A stretch of DNA of 43,994 nt. It comes from Okamejei kenojei (lineage: Eukaryota). The notes under the pieces were generated by a model that had not been told where the DNA came from, ran no database searches, and worked only from the letters and a program-made list of their open reading frames with translations. The stretch is taken from positions 682,001 through 725,994 of the forward strand of contig JAVHYY010000112.1 in assembly GCA_035221665.1 (NCBI GenBank), written 5' to 3'. Positions 36,877 to 43,994 of this stretch are shown here, in pieces. A program made the translations under genes and the position numbers. Position 1 is the first letter of the stretch; every line of letters starts with the position of its first letter.

Positions 36877-37212
36877 ATATCTGCCCAATGGCAAGTAGAC
36901 GCCCTGTCATTAAATATTCAAGCAAGAGACGGAATTGTTTTGAGATGGGAATCATTACATTGAAGGGGGATACGATGTAATCTGATCACAATAAAATACC
37001 AGAAACAGTCGAGCGCCCGCGTCTTCCTCATATTATTAGGTTTTACCACGTTGGCAGGGGCGAATAACACAACATTGGCGCGGTTCACAACAGGTGGACG
37101 GGTAATTCGTGCAACCAATAGAGCGAAAAAAAACCATTATGTTGAAATTCTTGGTTTGAGAGTGAGGACATGGCCACATATTTACTGTCAAGCTGAGTAC
37201 AGGTGGATTAAG
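36877..37212 (+). other. NAR-type (IgNAR / NAR-TCR-like) V gene segment, frame-disrupted as assembled; 5' boundary uncertain
   Basis: The 3' half reads GGRVIRATNRAKKNHYVEILGLRV[-1]EDMATY[+1]YCQAEY, which aligns without gaps to the VNAR pattern [40 protein letters not shown]-like remnant lies at about 36947-36965. A perfect heptamer follows. Confidence 0.72.
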
Positions 37213-37249
37213 CACAGTGCTGGGCCTGCGGTTCCGCAATACAAAAATC
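37213..37249 (+). promoter_or_regulatory. RSS (23-type; 21-nt spacer as assembled) after the NAR-type V
   Basis: CACAGTG + ctgggcctgcggttccgcaat + ACAAAAATC. Confidence 0.85.
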
Positions 37250-37593
37250 CTGAAGGCAGATTCGAGTAGTAGTAAACGCGAAGACGCGAGGACAATCCGC
37301 CGGTGAACCACTGTCCCGCTTTAGCCCGCCTGCCGCGCATTCTAGGTTGCACAGGATGAAATGAGTACGATTCAAACAATGGGGTTTCTCTTTTGGCATA
37401 GTGCGGCTGGATAATGCTACTTTACTATTAAATGGTGTTAAAAGAAAATGTCATCGAGATGTTTGACATCTTCTGATGCACACTACAGACGAGGTTCCAG
37501 TTCAGAAACTGCATCTGGAAAAATTTTTTCGTTGTAATGCTTTCTCCTGCCCGCCATCTTCCCGGGCGCCTGGGGATTTAAAGCGATGCGAAA

Positions 37594-37666
37594 CAATGTG
37601 AAAATGATGTGAAACAAGAGTGCGGGAATTGTAATTCACAGTGAAGCAGATAGTCGAATAAAAACT
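37594..37666 (+). other. Putative D segment with a 3' 12-type RSS
   Basis: CACAGTG (37637-37643) followed 14 nt later by ATAAAAACT, midway between V and J. The 5' RSS is only weakly visible (caatgtg at 37594 or aagagtg at 37616). Confidence 0.45.
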
Positions 37667-37979
37667 CACCCCATTCAACATACATGTTCAGAGTACGGAT
37701 AACCCAAAATCTCACAACGATTGTTGTTCCTGACGCTGTAATCCAGATCAAATTGCATAGGGATGGCTACTCTCAGTTATCATTCCTAATTGTTGGATTG
37801 CCGCATTTGTCAAAGCACACCATCTGCGTGGGGGATCTCTCTGCTCTTAGCTCTGTTTCTAGCGGGAACCGGTTGTCAATCGAGGAATGGTATGCAAGGC
37901 AGTTACTGCTGGTGTGAAACTCCTGGAATTATTGGACAGCGGTTTCTTATGGTGCCGCAGGAAATCGAGGTGAGGGACT

Positions 37980-38020
37980 GTTGTTTGTACTACGAGCGTC
38001 GAGTGGACGGGGGCACTGTG
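37980..38020 (-). promoter_or_regulatory. J-side RSS (23-type; 25-nt spacer as assembled)
   Basis: GTTGTTTGT (37980-37988; 7/9 match to GGTTTTTGT), a spacer ending in a G run, then CACTGTG (38014-38020). Confidence 0.7.
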
Positions 38021-38081
38021 ACTTCTTGGGGACCTTACTATCAGGAGGGGGATGGGGACTTACGGTTGACTGTCTCAGCCG
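38021..38081 (+). other. NAR-type J gene segment (TSWGPYYQEGDGDLRLTVSA)
   Basis: Starts right after CACTGTG, is open for 20 codons, has a GxG...LTV motif without a preceding F/W, and ends at a phase-1 donor G|GTAAGT. Confidence 0.78.
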
Positions 38082-38654
38082 GTAAGTACCTAAACCTCTC
38101 TAATCTCGGCTGTTCTTGGAATTATTTCAGTTTTCTTTAATATTGGACCATGAGCAACAATTGGTTTCAATTAAAAAGATTCTATTTATAAAGTGTTCCA
38201 GTGTCTTGGGTCCAGATGTACTGTACGCGAGAGTCAAATTAGAGGATATATTGTGGGGCTCCCCGGGAGCACATTTTAATCAGGTTCAAGAATAGCTCTT
38301 TCCCAAAACCATCAGGTCGAACCAACACCACAAGTGCCTAACCACAGTGTGAATTTCTATGCAGAGGACACAGGTATGCGGCCCGCTGAAATTCGATCGT
38401 CTAGATAACAATGTAGGTAATGAATGTTCTCCTGAAAATGCTGCCCTGACCCGCGCGTTTATGCTACCACCAAACCGCCGGCTTGTCCAATACACTTTGT
38501 GAATTACCCTATTGGTGAACACGTTTCGGCAGCACGTTGTTGTTAATATTTTTTCATAATTATTCTGGTTATACACAGGTTTGTTTTTATTGTTGCCCAA
38601 GAATTGTGGACCATTAAAAATTATCGAGTGTTATTATTTTTGTATCATATGTTA

Positions 38655-39050
38655 CAGGTGAGGAATGGGATGAATTCGTACGGAAGTGTTAATAAAATCA
38701 TGGAAATATCGATGGGTAGATACGCAGATTCTCTTGTGCAGAGTAGGTGAGTCGAGGACCGGAGGGACACAGGTTTAATCTTATGGGGGAGATTTAATAG
38801 GATTTGAGTGGTCACGTTTTCACACGGGAGAGTAGTAGATGTTCAGAGATTACCCAATTGAAGTTGGCACTATCCCACTGTTTAATAATCAGTTAGACCA
38901 AAGTACATGGACTGGACAGGACAGGGGTTGGTTTGGATTTGGACAAACGCGGGTAGGTTGGAACCGATGTAGCTTTCGACATTTGGCCGGTGTGAGCAAA
39001 GTGAATTGAAGAGCTTTGTTTCCTCGTTATATCGGCTCGATGACTCTTAT
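38655..39050 (+). mobile_element. Degenerate CR1 3' fragment
   Basis: gagtcgaggaccggagggacacaggttt...ttttcacacgggagagtagta. Confidence 0.65.
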
Positions 39051-42000
39051 GTGGGCTGTTATCTGATAAAAGTATATTGATTTCTAGACCTGTGTGCCAT
39101 CTAAAAGTAAGGAAATGTCGCACTGTTCCAGTTGTGGAACAGATTAAATTTGAAAATTACCCTGGAATAGTAAGAGTAAACGAGAGAACTTACCAGTTTG
39201 AAGTTTGATCTTTATTTTTTGAGGAGTCGAGTTGAGGGACTACGTGAATAGAAGCCCGTACAGCCGTTGGTTGAGTCAATCTTCAAGCTGCGGAATGAAT
39301 TCACAGCTACCAATGACGATGTATAACGGTATGATGATAAAACTTGAACTTCCAGATGAGATCTTTCTGAAGGGTTATTTTTTTTATGGGTTGTGGGTTT
39401 TTATGGTGGGGAGGGAGGGCAACAGTAGTCTCACTCGACTTCCTCATAAAATAAAGATCAAAACTTCAAACTGGTTTGTTCTCGTTTAAATCTTACTATT
39501 TTACTTCGCAGTCACGTGAGGGAACTACGTGAAGATTCAAAGCACTGTGAATTCACGCCGCAGACTCATAAATCCGACGTTCACACTGCCTGGATTGACT
39601 CAAAAGTAGTTTCAATCATGCATCATAAACATTTGTTAAATGGAATAACAGTTTATTTTCAAACAGATCATAAAAACAAACCCCTCTATACTCGGGGAAA
39701 AATGTAAAACAGTTCTGACACAGAATCAGCAAACACCCGAGCCTTGAAATTGGCTTGTGACAAAACTCTGAAATTTGCTCACTGGACACATCCTGCGGCC
39801 GCGAGGACCTTGAAATCGTTTTGCACCCGACACCTTACTGTTGTGGTTTTTTGTGATAATAACACAAAGCCAACTCTGTTCCTTCATAGGGTTTAAGTAA
39901 TATCAATGTAAGAGAGAAATGGGAGACTATCAGAAGCGATCATCTGGGGGTATGTGAAAAAACACCATCTCTACATCCTGTTATGCTATTTTATTATGTT
40001 TAAGCAAAATCATAGATATAAATTATAATGGGCATCAGCCGAAACATGCATTCTATCTAGCCGTAGCTTTTGCAATGTTTGTACAGTTGGGGCTGGAACC
40101 AACACCAGAAGCATGACCACGTCATAGTTATTTGGCTATAGTTAGGCTTGTAACCGGAGCCCACTGGCGTAGAAGATAAAACTCACTCACATTGCAAATA
40201 CGGCATACCTGAGTTAGGAGGATTAGAATTGAAAACTCCTTCATGAAATCGATGAACTAACGGATGTGTCTGTTCCCTTCTGTATGCTATTTGCATTCAT
40301 AGGTAAATAGATGACACGTAGGGGGATAAAACACCCTTCTGGTGAAATTAATTGCAACTGTAACTTAATTTTTTTTTTTTTGGTCAAAATAAAGAGTTGA
40401 CAAAATCCAATACATCCGTGATCCTGAGTGTGGTATACTATATCCTGCTGTGGAAGAATTGAGCTCCCACTTCCTTATATAGGTGATATATTTGTGCTGT
40501 GTACTATCCCTGCAGCCGACGTGTGATACATCCACCGTCCGTTGAGGACAGTCTCTCCCCAGATATGGCCCTCCTTATAATCTCAAATTAACAGATCATA
40601 TAGATCTATAAAGGATGGTTGATCCTGTGACTGGATTTACCAGTTGATTTTTATTCTTGGGCATAAGCATGTTAAGGGTCCCTAGCCATTTGTTTCCATC
40701 GGGATAACCATGATCGTGTAGGCCAAATCTGGCATACCAATACCCCTGAAGCGGAGTCCTCTTGATCTTTTGCAAACATCTGCTGATGAGGGACAGTATG
40801 GATGGAATACATACATCAAAAATTTCCCCCCCAATGCAGCGAAAATGCATCCACTCTAGTCCCAGATCTGGTTTCCATGAACATACTCTAGGTAATGTGA
40901 TTAATCGAGATGCAAACAAGTCAATATCTGGCATGATATGATCAATCATGTGGTTAAACACCTCTCATTTACATCCATTCAATGTGTCAGTAACTGACGT
41001 GACTCCTTTATGGAAATTAAAAGTGCTGAAAGCCAGTTTTTTTGGTAAATAAACCAGCTCCAATTGGTTAGCCAGTCTATCACAAGACTGTGACTTAAAT
41101 CCAACCATGTGGTGTACTTTTTGCCTCTGCTGTGGTGTTGTGAAATCTGAGCTGCACTGCAGCTCCTCTTGTTGATCAATAAGTTCGAGCACATTCAGAG
41201 GTGCCCACAAATCTAAATTAATCAGTCCTCTTTTGAGGAAAGCGATGTTCATTTCCACCTTTCATCTGCCTCCACAACTAGGAAGAACATATCTGTTGCA
41301 CCCCAACCAGTGCTTCACATCAGTCTGTAATATAGTGATGGTGATTCCACGAAACCTTCCTTAAATTTTTTTGAAACATGTACTATCCACCATTGTATTG
41401 TAGCAAACGCCCAGCTGACAATGTAGGCCTTATCAAATATAGCCCATTTGTTTTCTCAGTGCCTGTTTCCTTGATGGTTGTAATTGTTGATATGCATGAG
41501 GAACATATGCACAGCTGAAAAGCTGCAACAAGTCCCAATAAAACTGGCTACTTGTCTAACAAGTGCCGTTGTTCTCCTACGAGATTAAATCAGTCCTCAA
41601 TTAAGTGGGTAAATTTTTCAATTTATCATGGCAACGTTTCCAAAATGTGATTGGAATTAATGGTTAATCCCGATAATTCCAATTAATTTGGACTGGTTGA
41701 TATTTTAGATTTACCAGGGGTGAATAACAAAATCCATTTGTTCAAAAAATGGATTTTAACAACTGAAATATGATTGATGGTTTCAGAATGAGTCTTTCCT
41801 ACAATAAGAGAAATCATCTTATAGGAATTTCCCTCATGCCCCTGATGCTCTATGCAAATGCGAACACAGGTTTTTCTATTTTTGGAATAATATTGGAGTG
41901 TTGGTAATACGGGCAGGCATGGCCTGAATTGCACCAGCCTGTCTTCATTTAGATGTGCTTTTTTTCTGTCTTTCTTCTCAATGAGTGGCTCTGAGGATGG

Positions 42001-42099
42001 GCTGGTATTTAATAAGAGTGGCATTTAATACTCGTGGGTTCGTGTTGTGTGCGGGGGTTTGGGACGGCACTGGGGGTTTGGACGTGTATATTTTTTGGT

Positions 42100-42770
42100 G
42101 GGACAGAGAAGGAGAGGGAGAGGAGGGAGAAGAAGAGGGGGGGGGAGGGGGAGGGGAGGAGGGAGACCTGGGGGAGGAATGAATGAGGGGAGGATGGGGA
42201 AGGGCGGGGGAGAAGTTTGGGCGGAAAAGGAAGCTGGATGAGGGGAAAGAATTTTGGGGGGGGAGGGGTGGGATGGGAGGAAGTGGGATTGGATAAAAAA
42301 AAGGAACATTGAGAAGGGAGAGCGGATTTGGAAGAGAAATTTGGGGTGGTTTTGGGAGAGGAACGGATGAGGGGATGGGAGGAGAGGGGGAGGGAGGGGT
42401 GGGGGAGGGGGAGGAGAGCTTGATCTCTTTGGAAGAGGGGGGAAGGGGAGATATGAGAAGAGAGTAGGAGGAGTGGTGGGATTGGACTGGTGAGAAGAAT
42501 GATTGAGGAACGGAGAGGAGTCGGGTAGCGTGTACTTGTGATTGCTGACACACGTGTCTTTCTTCCTCATTCTATTCCTTCTTCTATTCTCTCTCTTTTT
42601 TTCTCTTTCTTTTAATCCCCTCCTCATCTTTATCACCACTTTCCATTCAAACTACTTTCATTCTCTCTCATTCCATTTCTTCTCTCACTCTTTTTCATTT
42701 TCTTCATCACTCTCTCAAATTTCAAAACTCTCTTTCATCTTTTTTTTTCCTTTCAATTTTTTTTTCCAAA
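42100..42770. repeat. Aperiodic GA-rich then TC-rich low-complexity tract
   Basis: Purine-rich about 42100-42520, then pyrimidine-rich about 42555-42770. Confidence 0.85.
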
Positions 42771-43715
42771 ATTCGATAAATCCAGAATAAATCTACTCCC
42801 CAGATCTTTTTAGATCTGGGTAATATATTGACAGATATTGTTGACTTTGATAGACTAGGTAGGCTCAATTACCCTTATCATGTAACGGATTGAATCTCAG
42901 CTGAATAAGACCATTTTCTCATCTGAAAATAAGTTTATACTAGGATATAAAATGTTTGACTAGGTAGACTGTTCCTTATAGTTAAATCCAATTTTTCACC
43001 CCTTCAATACCACTAAGTATGAACAATCTGATGTCAACTGCTGCTGCCATTGTTTGAGAAAAAGAAACAATTTTTACCTTCCCAATTTGAACAGGAACTA
43101 TCTGTTTATTCATTGTCTGTAATTGGTTATATTCCTTACAGCATCTTTCTTGCGGCCTTGTTGTCTCTCGATTTTGAGAGAACCTTTTTTGCCTTGATTC
43201 CCAGTGGCCTTAATGAGAGCCATGGTTATAACAACCTCATAACTGTCTTTGACCCTTTTTGCAAAATTACCCACCAAACAACAGAATTCGTGGTGGTACA
43301 CGGGGTTTCAAATATGCATTACAAAGGAGTTCCAGTTCATTGCTGTGCTCAACCATATCATTTGTATCCAATAACTTTCCACCACTGATGTAATCTGCTG
43401 ACAACAGTTTAAGACTTTTGTAAAACTTCATCTCCTGGGCCCCCTAGCAGGTAAACCCATCTATGCACCAAATTGGTGACTAACCACCGGTAACTTAGGA
43501 GATCTCAAATAACAGGAGCTTTTTAGTTTTTTGTACTTCATCCTAGATAGCTCCTGTAATGGTGGGGAGAGCATTATATGAATGGCTTCAGCCAATTTTA
43601 CATCAATCGCCTCTTTCGTGCCTCTTAACACTCGCAACTTCCCAGCAATGTTGGGAATATATTTCCTCCCACGAACACCTTTACTGCTCTCCCCCAGGCC
43701 AAATGCCTGATAGAA

Positions 43716-43994
43716 TCCTCCTCACAGGCAGGATAGTTCTGAGCCTGAAACAGGTGATGATGCTAGCACAAGCTCTCATTTTCCAGCCTTGGCTAGGGGC
43801 ATCACTCATCCTCAGGAGCTGGAACAACCTCTCAAGGCAGGATAGTTCTGGCAGCCCTGGAAACAGGTGCTGCTAGTCACAAGCTCTCCATCAGCCTGGC
43901 TTGGGCACCCCTCCTCTCACGGAGCTGGAACATCCTCCTCACAGGCAGATAGTTCTGCAGCCCTGTGAAAAAACAGGTGCTGTAGCACAAGCTC
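43716..43994. repeat. About 107-bp imperfect tandem repeat, about 2.6 copies, running to the window end
   Basis: Recurring cctcctcacaggcaggatagttct...aaacaggtg..gctagcacaagctc at about 43716, 43826 and 43932. Confidence 0.85.

Larger units (their letters stand above)
39166..43994 (-). mobile_element. DIRS1-like tyrosine-recombinase retrotransposon, degenerate; likely extends past the window end
   Basis: PDIDLFASRL..SWKPD...SLISRCLQKI (methyltransferase-like region), a VLAAAG..SSEQ recombinase C-terminal remnant at about 39770-39810, and RT/RNase H remnants at 41000-41950. A terminal inverted repeat pair lies at 39166-39243 / 39425-39500. Confidence 0.75.

Noticed and set aside
41978-42790. 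Proline-rich ORFs of 180-204 aa
   Set aside because: Artefacts of low-complexity sequence.
43716-43994. CRISPR-like repeat array
   Set aside because: Eukaryotic context; the whole unit repeats with no unique spacers.

Overview
Eukaryotic genomic DNA, most likely from a cartilaginous fish (shark, skate or ray). This is inferred from V-SINE/HE1-type SINEs, abundant CR1 LINEs and a NAR-type Ig V domain. Most of the window is retroelement debris: nested L1, Hero, CR1, L2, Rex1/Babar, Penelope-derived inverted repeats and a DIRS1-like element. The non-repetitive DNA looks like part of a T-cell receptor alpha/delta V region, which the ORF track largely misses. On the + strand there are three decayed TCR alpha/delta-type V segments, each followed by a 23-spacer RSS (about 19.0-19.4, 22.6-22.9 and 26.6-26.9 kb). 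At 36.9-38.1 kb there is a compact V-(D)-J cassette whose V and J resemble IgNAR/NAR-TCR. Interleaved on the - strand are two paralogous two-exon GPR139/GPR142-like class A GPCR genes from a ~3 kb duplication: one intact (325 aa), one with a compensated frameshift pair. The last third of the window has many 1-bp indels, so some pseudogene calls there may be consensus errors. Transposon boundaries are approximate and family names come from motif recognition, not database searches.
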